Positions 19,640 to 28,778 of a stretch of 49,082 nt of DNA are shown in pieces. The stretch lies in assembly GCA_036496685.1 (NCBI GenBank), contig DASXKT010000285.1, positions 1-49,082 on the forward strand. The letters are read 5' to 3'. The translations under genes were made by a program, and so were the position numbers. The first letter of the stretch is position 1. Each line of letters begins with the position of its first letter. The notes beneath the pieces were generated by a model. The model saw only the letters and a program-made list of their open reading frames with translations, made no database searches and had not been told where the DNA came from. The DNA is from Phenylobacterium sp. (GTDB lineage: Bacteria; Pseudomonadota; Alphaproteobacteria; Caulobacterales; Caulobacteraceae).

Positions 19640-20512
19640 TCACCCCTCGGACAGCATGCGCAAGGCCTCATGGAGACTGCGCCGCATCAGGTTGATGGCG
19701 TTGGACAGGCGCGCGATCTGGTCCGAACCGCCGCGCACGTACTCCGGGACATCCATGTCGCCCAGGCTGACGGCCTCGGCGGTCTTGGCCATCTTGTCGA
19801 TCGGCCGGATGACCATGAAGCCCAGCAGGAGGTTGAGCAGGAGGAACAGCAGGGCGAAGACCCCGCCATAAGTGGCCAGGAACAGCAGCCTCACGTGGGC
19901 GGCCCGCGCGATCGGCACCGACATCGGCACGCTGACGATCTGGGCTCCGATGATCTCGTTCGGCTGCCAGCCGAAGCCGTTCTGCGGGCCGTAGAGCGCC
20001 ACCATCGACTTCGGCGCCGCCTGCGGCGTGGAGTGGCAGCTCAGGCAAGCAGGCTTGCTCACCAGCGGGCGGGCAAGGTTGAGGGTCGGTCCGATCGCCG
20101 TCTGGCGCAGCGACACGATCTCCGGCTTCGACGGATGATCGCGGAAGTCGTTGATGATGTCGGCTTCCCAGTCGCTCGCCCGGTCCTCCGGGTTGGTGGG
20201 ATTGAGCGCCGCCTCGCGGTAGCTGTAGTCCATGAACTTCGCATGCAGCACGTCGAAGTTCTTCTTCGCTGCGTAGGCTGAGACGGCCTGCGGATGGAAG
20301 GTCTCCTCCATGTCGCTCTTCAGGAGCGGCGCGATCTGCTCGGAGGTGTACTTCCGAGCCCCGGCCGCGCTTTCCATCATGATCCGCGAGCTCTGCAGCA
20401 CCTCGTCACGCGTGAGGGCCTGCAGGATCGGGGTGGCGGCGAGCGCGAAGAGGCCGATGCCGACCAGCGCCACGAACAGCAGCGTCAGATTGAACTTCGT
20501 CCTGAGACCCAT
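19640..20512 (-). CDS. Membrane-anchored c-type heme protein (DUF3365/Tll0287-like) with HAMP domain and no output domain
   Basis: TM1; YREAALNPTNP..RA..WE..II; CLSCH heme motif; YG..NGFGW...EIIGAQIVSVP; TM2; HAMP (IRPI..M...A..VS.GD...DQI..L..AIN.M); then stop. Confidence 0.9.
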   Translation of the reverse strand: MGLRTKFNLTLLFVALVGIGLFALAATPILQALTRDEVLQSSRIMMESAAGARKYTSEQIAPLLKSDMEETFHPQAVSAYAAKKNFDVLHAKFMDYSYREAALNPTNPEDRASDWEADIINDFRDHPSKPEIVSLRQTAIGPTLNLARPLVSKPACLSCHSTPQAAPKSMVALYGPQNGFGWQPNEIIGAQIVSVPMSVPIARAAHVRLLFLATYGGVFALLFLLLNLLLGFMVIRPIDKMAKTAEAVSLGDMDVPEYVRGGSDQIARLSNAINLMRRSLHEALRMLSEG

Positions 20513-20586
20513 GCCGCCCCTCCGGTTCTCAGGGGCGACACTCGCCTAACGGCGATCATCATTCAATGGCGTCGACTTCGACGCTA

Positions 20587-20991
20587 CTAGAGGTCGGCGC
20601 AGGTGCTCATGTTGACGGGCGGATGATCAGTGCGGGTCCAGCCGGACGCGGACTTGTCGAATTCCACGGCTCGGACGCCGGATTGGGCGTGCTTGAACTT
20701 GGGGTCGAAGCCGTTCCAGGTCATCGCGGCCACCACGCGGGCGGTGATCCCCTTGGCCTGCTCCGCCGGCGTGATCGTGCGCTCGGCCTTGCAGGCCACC
20801 TCGAAGCTTTCGCACCTCTCGCCTTCCGCCTGGCTCTTGCAGAGCGCGTCACCGGCAATGATGTCCTTGCGCCACTTCAGGATCTCGGCGTCGAGGCCGG
20901 CGAACTTGTCCGCCGGCTTGCCGGATTGGCCCGCCTGACTGCAGCCGCCAAGGATCAACAGGGCCGCGATGGCCGCCATGCGTCTCGTCAA
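20587..20991 (-). CDS. Hypothetical lipoprotein
   Basis: GGAG then TTG 20991 gives MTRRMAAIAALLILGGC (lipobox); four further Cys. Confidence 0.72.
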   Translation of the reverse strand: MTRRMAAIAALLILGGCSQAGQSGKPADKFAGLDAEILKWRKDIIAGDALCKSQAEGERCESFEVACKAERTITPAEQAKGITARVVAAMTWNGFDPKFKHAQSGVRAVEFDKSASGWTRTDHPPVNMSTCADL

Positions 20992-21061
20992 GTTCTGAGC
21001 TCCCAAAAATAGAAAGCGCTCAAAGCCGCAGCGGTGCGGCGGCAATAGGGCGAGGCCCCTA

Positions 21062-21589
21062 CTAGTCGAGTGCGCCGATGTAGGGGAGCCCGCGATAGGC
21101 CCCCGCCGCATCCATGCCGTAGCCGACCAAAAATCGGGCAGGCGCCTCCCAGGCGACGAAGTCCGGCTCGATGGCCCGCTGGGTCGGCCAGGGCTTGCGC
21201 GCGAAGACCGAGGTGAGGACCTTCCCTGCGCCCGCATCGCGCACCAGCCGGGCGGCCTCCGAGAGCGACAGACCGGTGTCGAAGACGTCGTCGACCACCA
21301 GCGCGGTGCGACCGGCCAGCGGTCGCTGCAGGTCGGCGCGCACTTCGCAGCGCCCCAGGCTCGCGCGGGCGTCGCCGTAGGAGGCGAGCCAGAGGGCGTC
21401 GAACGCCACGTTGCGCCCCAGCCGCGAGAGGGCGCGCGTCAGGTCGGCACAGAACCATAGGCCGCCGGTCAGGAGGCAGACCGCCACGGTCTGGTCGTCG
21501 ACCTGAGGGGCGATCGCGCGGGCCAGGTCGACGACGCGGGCGGCAACCTCCTCCTCGGACAGCAGGACGGCGGGAACGATGTCACTCAT
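21062..21589 (-). CDS. hpt: Hypoxanthine phosphoribosyltransferase-like PRTase
   Basis: L.GG..F..DL.R.L, SYG, LVVDDVFDTG.SL PRPP-binding motif and FLVGYGMD....YRGLP. Confidence 0.85.
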   Translation of the reverse strand: MSDIVPAVLLSEEEVAARVVDLARAIAPQVDDQTVAVCLLTGGLWFCADLTRALSRLGRNVAFDALWLASYGDARASLGRCEVRADLQRPLAGRTALVVDDVFDTGLSLSEAARLVRDAGAGKVLTSVFARKPWPTQRAIEPDFVAWEAPARFLVGYGMDAAGAYRGLPYIGALD

Positions 21590-22448
21590 GGGGCGGCAGG
21601 GCGTCCGGGGATCCCGGAGGCAGCGGCCTGGCTTCAGCGGGTTCCGGCGCGCCGAGTATCGCCTCGGCGGCTCGCGGGGGGACGGCTTGCGTCGCGGCGC
21701 GGCCTCCGGAACGCTCGAAGGTCACCTCCAGGTCGTGGACGCTGGCGGGCGGGTCGACGATGGCGATCGCGAAATGGCGGACGGCGCGGGCCGGCACCTG
21801 GCCATCGATCGGCGCGGCGATCTCGGCCGCCACCGGTTTGCCCGCCCGGTCCAGCAGGCTGATGCGCAGCGGCGGCGCACTGGCGATCGCGTCGCGCCGG
21901 TTGCGGATTTCGCCGGTCACCGCCAGCACCGGTCGGCCGCCCTGAAAGGCGGGCACGATGTGGATATTCTCGATCACCAGGCTACTCACCGGGATGCCGA
22001 GGCCAGCATAGGCCGCCTGGCTGGCGGGCAGCCACTGCACCACCTGGTCGCGGAAGGCCGCGGCGGCGGCGACCAGGGCCGCGATCGCGGCGGCGGCGGC
22101 GGCCAGGACCAGCACCTTGCCGTTCGCCTGCCGCCGCGGGGACGACGGCATCCTGGTCATGAAGGGCGGCGGGGCGACAACCGGTTCGGGCTCTGGCTCG
22201 GCCCCAGCCTCCTCGACCATCAGATCGTCGACCCCCGGCGGCTCGATGGCCGACGTAGGTTCAGGGTGAGCCGGCTCGGTGTGAAAATCAGGTACCGGAG
22301 GTGGCGCTTCCCGCGCCTCTTCGGGGGCCTCCGGGCGCGCGGTCCATCGCGCCCCGCAACTCGAGCACTTCACCGTCCGCCCAGCCGGCGAAATCCGTGA
22401 GTCATCCACGAAATAGCTGGTGGCGCACTCTGGACAGGTCAGTATCAT
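21582..22448 (-). CDS. MJ0042-type zinc-ribbon / DUF3426 membrane protein
   Basis: MILTCPECATSY...GRTVKCSSCG..W, Pro-rich linker, TM helix, and L.V.G.I.N...P.L...L.D domain; divergent from ftsE. Confidence 0.88.
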   Translation of the reverse strand: MILTCPECATSYFVDDSRISPAGRTVKCSSCGARWTARPEAPEEAREAPPPVPDFHTEPAHPEPTSAIEPPGVDDLMVEEAGAEPEPEPVVAPPPFMTRMPSSPRRQANGKVLVLAAAAAAIAALVAAAAAFRDQVVQWLPASQAAYAGLGIPVSSLVIENIHIVPAFQGGRPVLAVTGEIRNRRDAIASAPPLRISLLDRAGKPVAAEIAAPIDGQVPARAVRHFAIAIVDPPASVHDLEVTFERSGGRAATQAVPPRAAEAILGAPEPAEARPLPPGSPDALPPHE

Positions 22449-22506
22449 GACGGTCGAATCGGACGCTCCAGCAACCTCCCTTTCGAGGTCGCCGATTTCG
22501 GCCTTC

Positions 22507-23238
22507 ATGTCCAGAAACCCCGACGCCGCTCCGGCGAACAGAACCGCCGAACAGGTCGTCCGTTTCGACGATGTCTCCATGCGCTACGGGCGCGGGCCTG
22601 ACGTGCTTCGCGACCTCAACTTCTCGCTGGCGCCAGGCTCGTTCCATTTCGTCACCGGCCCATCCGGGGCCGGCAAGACTTCGCTCCTGCGGTTGATCTA
22701 CCTCGCCGCCAAGCCGTCAAAGGGCCAGGTGCATCTGTTCGGCCAGGACGTGGCGCGCGCTTCGGCCGCCGCACGCCCGCAACTTCGCCGGCGTATCGGC
22801 GTGGTGTTTCAGGATCTGCTGCTGCTCGACCATCTGTCGGCCTTCGACAACGCGGCCCTGCCCCTGCGGATCGCCGGCCGCAAGCCCGCCGATTACCGAA
22901 CCGACGTGGCCGAGCTTCTGACCTGGGTCGGGCTGGGCGCCCACATGGACGCCTTGCCGCCGACCCTGGCGGGCGGCGAGCGGCAGCGGCTGGCCATCGC
23001 GCGCGCGGTGGTCAATCGCCCGGAGATCCTGCTGGCCGACGAGCCGACCGGCAACGTCGACCCGGACATGGCGCTGCGCATCTTCCGCCTGTTCGTGGAG
23101 CTCAACCGTCTGGGGGCCACCGTCTTGATCGCCACCCACGACCAGGACCTGATCGCGAGATCGGGGCGGCCCGTGCTGCAGCTAGAGCGGGGCCGGATCA
23201 GCGCCGCGCCGCCGCAGGGTCCGGTGGTGGTCCCGTGA
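22507..23238 (+). CDS. ftsE: Cell division ATP-binding protein FtsE
   Basis: Walker A GPSGAGKT, LRRRIGVVFQD, LAGGERQR and LLADEPTGN; followed by ftsX. Confidence 0.93.
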   Translation: MSRNPDAAPANRTAEQVVRFDDVSMRYGRGPDVLRDLNFSLAPGSFHFVTGPSGAGKTSLLRLIYLAAKPSKGQVHLFGQDVARASAAARPQLRRRIGVVFQDLLLLDHLSAFDNAALPLRIAGRKPADYRTDVAELLTWVGLGAHMDALPPTLAGGERQRLAIARAVVNRPEILLADEPTGNVDPDMALRIFRLFVELNRLGATVLIATHDQDLIARSGRPVLQLERGRISAAPPQGPVVVP

Positions 23239-24128
23239 GCGAGGCCTTCGATCTCCAGCGCTGGCGACCGGCGCCCTTCCTGCCCGAGCGCGAGGCTCGC
23301 GACGGGGCGCTGATCTTCGTGGTCGCGGTGCTCTGCTTCCTCGCCTGCCTGACGGCCATGGGCGTGATCGCCGCCGACCGCGCGGCCCGCGGATGGACCA
23401 CCCAGTTGGTCGGCGAGGCGACTGTGATCGTCCGGCCCCACGGGGGCGAGACGCCCGACGCCGCCGCCGCCCGCGCGGCCGAGGCCTTAGCCGGCACTGC
23501 CGGCGTCACCGAGGCTAGGGCGCTGGAGCCGGCCAAGGCCTATGACCTGATCCGGCCCTGGCTGGGCGACGTCAGCGACCTGGAGGACCTGCCCGTTCCC
23601 AGGCTCGTCGCCGTGACCCTGGACGCCAGGCATCCGGCCGACGCCAAGCGCCTGAACGCGGCTCTGCAAGCTCAGAGGATCGACGCAACGGTCGACGACC
23701 ACTCCCTCTGGATCAAGGACATTCGGCGCGCCGGCCAACTGGTGCGCTGGCTGGGCGCCGGCGTGTTCGCGCTGATCGCCGCCGCCGCGGCCGCCGTCGT
23801 GGCGTTCGCGACCCGCGCGGGGCTCGCCGCCCGGCGCGACGTGGTCGAGGTGCTGCATATGTCGGGCGGCGAGGACCGCTTCATCGCCCGGCTGTTCCAG
23901 GTCCGCTTCGCCCGCGTCGCCGGGCTTGCCGGCCTCATTGGCGCGGTGGCGGCCGGCGTGCTGGGGGTGGGCCTGCGGCTCGCGGGCGGCGGACAGGGGC
24001 TGACCCCCGCCCTGCCGCTGGCCTGGAGCGACATCCTTGCTGTGGTCCCCTGCCCGCTACTGGCGGCCCTCGTCGCCGCCGTCGCCGCGCAGGTCACCGC
24101 CATGCGCCTGATCCGGGGCATGCAATGA
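23235..24128 (+). CDS. ftsX: Cell division permease FtsX
   Basis: Four TM segments with periplasmic loop (L.PWLG...LP.PRL, VDDH..W); GTGA overlap with ftsE. Confidence 0.88.
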   Translation: MSEAFDLQRWRPAPFLPEREARDGALIFVVAVLCFLACLTAMGVIAADRAARGWTTQLVGEATVIVRPHGGETPDAAAARAAEALAGTAGVTEARALEPAKAYDLIRPWLGDVSDLEDLPVPRLVAVTLDARHPADAKRLNAALQAQRIDATVDDHSLWIKDIRRAGQLVRWLGAGVFALIAAAAAAVVAFATRAGLAARRDVVEVLHMSGGEDRFIARLFQVRFARVAGLAGLIGAVAAGVLGVGLRLAGGGQGLTPALPLAWSDILAVVPCPLLAALVAAVAAQVTAMRLIRGMQ

Positions 24129-24138
24129 CCCTGCCGCC

Positions 24139-24762
24139 ATGAAGAGCCTCGCGGCCCTGCTGGTCGTGGCGCTGATCTGGGCGTCCGGCCTGATGGCCTT
24201 CGCAGCCCGCGTGCAGCAGTCGACGCCGGCGCCCGATCCGGCGCCTGCCGACGGCATTGTGGTCCTGACCGGCGCCAGCTCGAACGAGCGCATTGCTGCG
24301 GCCGTCGACCTTCTGGCGGCGCACCGGGGCCGGCGCGTCCTGGTTTCCGGCGTGAACCGGGTCGTCAGCCGCGAGGAGCTGCGCACCGCCTCGAACACCG
24401 TGCGGCGGCTCTACGACTGCTGCGTCGACCTCGGTTTCAACTCGGTCGACACCGTCAGCAACGCGCGCGAGACCGCTGAGTGGGCCAAGACCATGCGCTT
24501 TCACAGCCTGACGATCGTCACCACCGACTATCACATGCCGCGCGCGATGCTCGAGCTGCGCGCGGTCCTCAGGCCGCCGGAGTTCACGCTGCAGACCTAC
24601 GCCGTGCCGACGCCGGCGCTGAAGGCGCGCCAATGGTGGCGGTCGCCGCGTGCTGCGCGCTTGATGGTCGTGGAGTATTCCAAGTATCTGGCGATCCTCA
24701 GCCGCGAGGCGGTGCTGGGGCTGGGGCCCCGCGCCGAGCCCGCGGCGCCTCAGAAGGGCTGA
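24139..24762 (+). CDS. YdcF/DUF218 family protein
   Basis: DGIVVLTG...R, L.SGV, T..NA.E, VTTDYHMPRA and EY.KY. Confidence 0.9.
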   Translation: MKSLAALLVVALIWASGLMAFAARVQQSTPAPDPAPADGIVVLTGASSNERIAAAVDLLAAHRGRRVLVSGVNRVVSREELRTASNTVRRLYDCCVDLGFNSVDTVSNARETAEWAKTMRFHSLTIVTTDYHMPRAMLELRAVLRPPEFTLQTYAVPTPALKARQWWRSPRAARLMVVEYSKYLAILSREAVLGLGPRAEPAAPQKG

Positions 24763-24764
24763 CT

Positions 24765-25472
24765 TTGCTTCTCGTGCGATCCTACCTCTTCGCGGCGCTG
24801 TTCTATCTCTGGTCGGTGTTCTGGGTGCTGTTGATCTCGCCGCTCATGCTCGGGCCGCGGATCTGGATGGTGCGTTCCTGGAAGATCTGGTCGCAGGGCG
24901 TGATGCTGCTGCTGCGCGTGGTCTGCAACATCCGGGTCGAGTTCCGAGGTCTTGAGCACATCCCCAAGGCGCGCGCGCTGATTGCGCCGAAGCACCAGTG
25001 CATGTTCGACGTCTTCGCCCAGTTCGTGGTGCTTCCCGACAGCTGCTTTGTGACCAAGAAGGAGCTGATGTGGATCCCGTTCTTCGGCTGGTACGCCCAG
25101 AAGGCCCGGATGATCTCGGTCGACCGCGAGGGCGCCTCGACGGCGCTGCGCAAGATGGTCGCCGACGCCAAGGAGCGCTTCGCCGACGAGCGGCAGCTGG
25201 TGATCTTCCCGGAAGGGCATCGCGGCGAACCGGGCCATCCTGGCGACTACAAGCCCGGGATCGCCGCCCTCTATCGCGAGCTCGACGTCTCCGTGTACCC
25301 GATGGCCACAAACGCCGGCGTCCACTGGCCGGCCCACGGCCTCACCCGGCGGCCCGGGACCATCGTCTATGAGTATCTGGAGCCCATCCCACCCGGCCTG
25401 AAGCGCGCCGAGTTCATGCGGATCCTGCAGGAACGCATCGAGACGGCGTCGATGGCGTTGCTGCCGCTGTAG
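24765..25472 (+). CDS. plsC: Lysophospholipid acyltransferase (PlsC-like)
   Basis: KHQCMFD (HX4D), KKEL..IP.FGW and IFPEG.R; TTG start inferred just after the ydcF stop. Confidence 0.88.
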   Translation: MLLVRSYLFAALFYLWSVFWVLLISPLMLGPRIWMVRSWKIWSQGVMLLLRVVCNIRVEFRGLEHIPKARALIAPKHQCMFDVFAQFVVLPDSCFVTKKELMWIPFFGWYAQKARMISVDREGASTALRKMVADAKERFADERQLVIFPEGHRGEPGHPGDYKPGIAALYRELDVSVYPMATNAGVHWPAHGLTRRPGTIVYEYLEPIPPGLKRAEFMRILQERIETASMALLPL

Positions 25473-25473
25473 G

Positions 25474-26004
25474 CTAGGCTTCCCTGGCGTCCACCAGCTT
25501 CAGCAGCGCCTGCATCGAGCGGTCCTGCACCCCTTCCTGGGCCAGGTGCTCGACCAGATCGCGCAGGTAGTCGACGTTGCGCCCGGAGAGGCCGTTGGCG
25601 CCGGCGATCAGTTCGGCCTGCCGCTCAAGGCTGAGCGCGCCGGCCCACTGCGGATGATGCACGTCGGAGAGGAAGACCAGCGCCTCGACCCGCCGCCCGT
25701 CGCCGAGTCTGATGAAACGACGCGCCTCCACATAGGTCTCGGTCGGCTGCTCGCGCTCCAGCAGGTAGGCGTAGACGCCTGGCCACTCCTTGGGCGCGAT
25801 CCGATAGGCCATGCCGCGAACCGAGCCGCCTGGCGCCAGCCCCAACACCAGGCCCGGCCGCTCATAGGTCCCGCGGTGATGGACTGAGTAGATGCAGAAC
25901 GCGCGGCGGCGGCCGGGCAGCGTTGCGCCGACGCGTTCGATGTAGGGGAATCCGGGCCGCCACATCAGGCTGCCGTAGCCGAAGACCCAAAGCTCGTTCG
26001 ACAT
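25474..26004 (-). CDS. chaC: Gamma-glutamylcyclotransferase (ChaC family)
   Basis: LWVFGYGSLMWRPGF, HRGT.E.PGLVLGL, YL..RE and G.SG.N.DY. Confidence 0.92.
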   Translation of the reverse strand: MSNELWVFGYGSLMWRPGFPYIERVGATLPGRRRAFCIYSVHHRGTYERPGLVLGLAPGGSVRGMAYRIAPKEWPGVYAYLLEREQPTETYVEARRFIRLGDGRRVEALVFLSDVHHPQWAGALSLERQAELIAGANGLSGRNVDYLRDLVEHLAQEGVQDRSMQALLKLVDAREA

Positions 26005-26031
26005 CCCGCCCCGCGGCTATAAGAGACGCTC

Positions 26032-27075
26032 ATGTCTCTGCACGATCCGTCCCCACCCCGCAAATCCCGCCGCCTAGGCTTGTGGCTGCCGTTCGTCGCC
26101 CTGGGCCTGGCCGTTGTGGCCTGGAGCGTGGGCTGGTGGTGGGCCAGGGGCCAGGCTGAGGCGCGTATGGACACCGCCGTCCAGGCCCTCAACAAAGCCG
26201 GCTGGCAGCTCACTTGGAAGGAGCGGCGGATCGGCGGCTACCCGTTCCGCATGGACGTCACCCTGACCGACGCCCGGGTCCGCGAGCCTTCCGGCTGGGC
26301 GCTGGAGGCGCCGCGCATCGAGGCCGAGGCCTTCATGCACGCCATCACCCACTGGCTGATCGCAGCCCCCGACGGGCTCACCTTCGTGCGGCCGGTAGGC
26401 GGCCCCGTCGCGGTGAAGGGCGACCTGATCCGCGCCAGCCTGAGCCACTTCGACGCCCGCCCGCCCAGCTTCTCCTTCGAGGGGGTCAAGCTGACCTTCA
26501 CCCCGCAGACGGGCGCCCAGCCGTTCGCCCTCTCGGCGGCCGACCGCTTCGAGTTCCACCTGCGCGCCGGACCCGACGACGAGGGCGGCGTGTTCATGAA
26601 TCTGGAGAACGGCAAGGCCCGGCTCTCCGGCCTCTTCGGCCGCGTCGCTGGTGAGAAGCCGATTTCCATCGTCTGGAATTCGACGCTATCGAAGATGAGC
26701 GCCTTCACCGGTCCTGACTGGGCCGCAGCCGTCCGCCACTGGGTTGACGCCGGGGGCCGGATGACCGTGCGCCAGGCCGGTATCACCGCGGGCGACGCGG
26801 TGATCGGGTCGAACGCAGGGACGCTGGGCGTCGGCCGCGACGGGCGGCTTTCCGGCCTGCTCGACGTCACGCTTCGCCAGGCGCCGCGGGCCCTGGGCGC
26901 GCTGGGGGACGAAGGGATCATAGAGCAAGGCGCAGCCCAAGCCGCCACGGCCGTCACCGAGGCGCGTCGCGGGACGGAGGAAGCCGCCCGGGCGACGATC
27001 AACTTCCAGGCCGGCCGCACGACCCTTGGCCCGGTCGCGCTCGGGCCCGCACCCAGGGTGTATGAGGTTCGCTAG
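26032..27075 (+). CDS. DUF2125 domain protein
   Basis: N-terminal anchor ending WS..W.W, followed by GGYPFR; conserved neighbour of chaC. Confidence 0.82.
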   Translation: MSLHDPSPPRKSRRLGLWLPFVALGLAVVAWSVGWWWARGQAEARMDTAVQALNKAGWQLTWKERRIGGYPFRMDVTLTDARVREPSGWALEAPRIEAEAFMHAITHWLIAAPDGLTFVRPVGGPVAVKGDLIRASLSHFDARPPSFSFEGVKLTFTPQTGAQPFALSAADRFEFHLRAGPDDEGGVFMNLENGKARLSGLFGRVAGEKPISIVWNSTLSKMSAFTGPDWAAAVRHWVDAGGRMTVRQAGITAGDAVIGSNAGTLGVGRDGRLSGLLDVTLRQAPRALGALGDEGIIEQGAAQAATAVTEARRGTEEAARATINFQAGRTTLGPVALGPAPRVYEVR

Positions 27076-27092
27076 GACTATCGGGGGACAGC

Positions 27093-27716
27093 ATGGCTTC
27101 GTTCTACGACCGGTTCATCCTGCCGACGCTGCTCACCTGCGGCTGCTCGTCGTCGCCGATCATGAAGCAGCGCGCCAAGATCGTACCGCGCGCGACCGGC
27201 CGCGTGCTGGAGCTCGGCGTCGGCATGGGTCTCAATCTCAGCTTCTACGACCCGGACCGGGTGGACACCGTCGTCGGCGTCGACCCGTCCCCCGAACTCC
27301 GCGCCACCGCCCTCAACGCGCCGCGTGACCCGAGGCTGGCGGTGAGCGTCCTCGACGGCGCCGCCGAGGCCCTGCCCTTCGAGGACTACAGCTTCGACAC
27401 CGTGGTCTGCACCTTCACCCTCTGCTCGGTGCATGCGCCGGCGGCGGCGCTGACGGAGGCGCGCCGGGTGCTGCGGCCCTCGGGCGCGCTGCTCTTCTGC
27501 GAGCATGGACTGGCCCCCGACCCAGGCGTCGCCAAATGGCAGCGGCGGATCGAGCCGATCTGGAAGCGCATGGTCGGCGGCTGCCACCTCACGCGCCCCA
27601 TCTCCAGCGCCATCGCGGCCTCCGGCTTCACGCTTGGCCAGGTGGAAAGCATGTACGTGCCGAACACCCCGAAGATCGCCGCCTGGAACGAGTGGGGATC
27701 GGCCTCCCCGGCCTGA
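27093..27716 (+). CDS. Class I SAM-dependent methyltransferase
   Basis: VLELGVGMG.N, AEALPF.D.SFDTVV.TFTLCSV, RRVLRP.G, EHG and GGCHLTR. Confidence 0.92.
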   Translation: MASFYDRFILPTLLTCGCSSSPIMKQRAKIVPRATGRVLELGVGMGLNLSFYDPDRVDTVVGVDPSPELRATALNAPRDPRLAVSVLDGAAEALPFEDYSFDTVVCTFTLCSVHAPAAALTEARRVLRPSGALLFCEHGLAPDPGVAKWQRRIEPIWKRMVGGCHLTRPISSAIAASGFTLGQVESMYVPNTPKIAAWNEWGSASPA

Positions 27717-28286
27717 TCAGGAGGCTCGTCTCCGCAGCGCCGCCCAGCTCCTGAACCCGACGAACAGCAGCGCGGCCACCACCACAGCGGCAAGCAGGGG
27801 CGCGAGGAATGCGAGAAACGAAAGCGTCGCCGACGCAACGTCCTCGAACACCGAGACGATCGGGTTCCCGAGGCCGGCCGTGGTGGTCGTGCTGACCACC
27901 CGGGTCCCGCTCTGAGCGGCGTGAAACGCGAGCGCGGTCGGAGCCCCGATGATCAGCCCCGCCACCGCAGCCATGGCCGGGTCGGCGTGGCTGAAGACAG
28001 CGCCGGCCGCCAGCACGCCGGCGAGCGGACGGGTCACCGTGCCCAGCGCGCTCAGCGCGTGGTCAACCATCGGCACCTTGTCGCCCACCAACTCGACCAC
28101 CGTGGCGACACCCAGGGCGACCAGGGCCCCGGTCGAACCCAGCCAGGCGACATGCGGATTGATGGAAACCCCGAACAGGCCGAGCCGCGCCACCGCCGCC
28201 AACAGCAGAAGCGGCAGGAACGTGCGCAGCCCGGTCGCGGCGGCTAGGCCGAGACCCATCAAGGCCGGCAGGATCCAGACTTGCAT
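27717..28286 (-). CDS. DUF4126 family membrane protein
   Basis: G.GLAAA.GLR.FLP, E..GDKVP.VDH and T.G.GNP.VS..ED. Confidence 0.88.
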   Translation of the reverse strand: MQVWILPALMGLGLAAATGLRTFLPLLLLAAVARLGLFGVSINPHVAWLGSTGALVALGVATVVELVGDKVPMVDHALSALGTVTRPLAGVLAAGAVFSHADPAMAAVAGLIIGAPTALAFHAAQSGTRVVSTTTTAGLGNPIVSVFEDVASATLSFLAFLAPLLAAVVVAALLFVGFRSWAALRRRAS

Positions 28287-28410
28287 TGGAGTTCCAATCG
28301 CAGCTGGCGGGCGAGCGGCAGCTTAGGCCACTTCGCGAGAATCAGGGAACGCCGGACGCAGCCATCCGGCCGCCCAGCCGTTTCAGGCGCCCGTATCCGA
28401 GGATACCGAC

Positions 28411-28563
28411 ATGCCTGATCAGCCCAAACCAGACCCCGCCCGCGCAAAGCCTGCCCCAAACCCGCCCGAGAACCGCGGCCAATGGCCGGACGTCGCCCCG
28501 CAGCAGAACCCCGGCCCCTTGCCGCCCGATTGGCGCGAGAAATTCGAAAACCGCCGGAACTGA
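28411..28563 (+). CDS. Putative 50-aa Pro-rich small protein (below ORF-track cutoff)
   Basis: GAGGA 7 nt before ATG; MPDQPKPDPARAKPAPNPPENRGQWPDVAPQQNPGPLPPDWREKFENRRN; mostly G/C third positions; fills the gap between DUF4126 and the tRNA. Confidence 0.45.
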   Translation: MPDQPKPDPARAKPAPNPPENRGQWPDVAPQQNPGPLPPDWREKFENRRN

Positions 28564-28591
28564 ACCGGTGGCGATTTGCACTGAAGGAAGG

Positions 28592-28668
28592 TGGTAGCTG
28601 GGGGCGGGATCGAACCGCCGACCTGTGGGTTATGAATCCACCGCTCTAACCATCTGAGCTACCCAGCC
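28592..28668 (-). tRNA. tRNA-Met (CAT), probably elongator
   Basis: GGCTGGGTAGCTCAGATGGTTAGAGCGGTGGATTCATAACCCACAGGTCGGCGGTTCGATCCCGCCCCCAGCTACCA; 77-nt cloverleaf with encoded CCA; lacks the initiator C1 mismatch; Ile2 not fully excluded. Confidence 0.95.
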
Positions 28669-28695
28669 ACGGGCTCTCGCGAGAGAGAGCGGCGG

Positions 28696-28724
28696 GTTAT
28701 AGGGTCTCGACTTCGCCGCTTCAA
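28696..28724 (-). promoter_or_regulatory. Sigma-70-type promoter of tRNA-Met
   Basis: TTGAAG-N17-TATAAC followed by a GC-rich discriminator, 27 nt upstream of the tRNA. Confidence 0.75.
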
Positions 28725-28778
28725 GCGGCTTGGGCCTACGCCCGTGGGGACGAAACGCCGCCCCTCTTGTCAGGGCGC

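Noticed and set aside
27093-28668. tRNA-Met as an integration site for a genomic island
   Set aside because: No integrase and no duplicated tRNA 3' end found in the window
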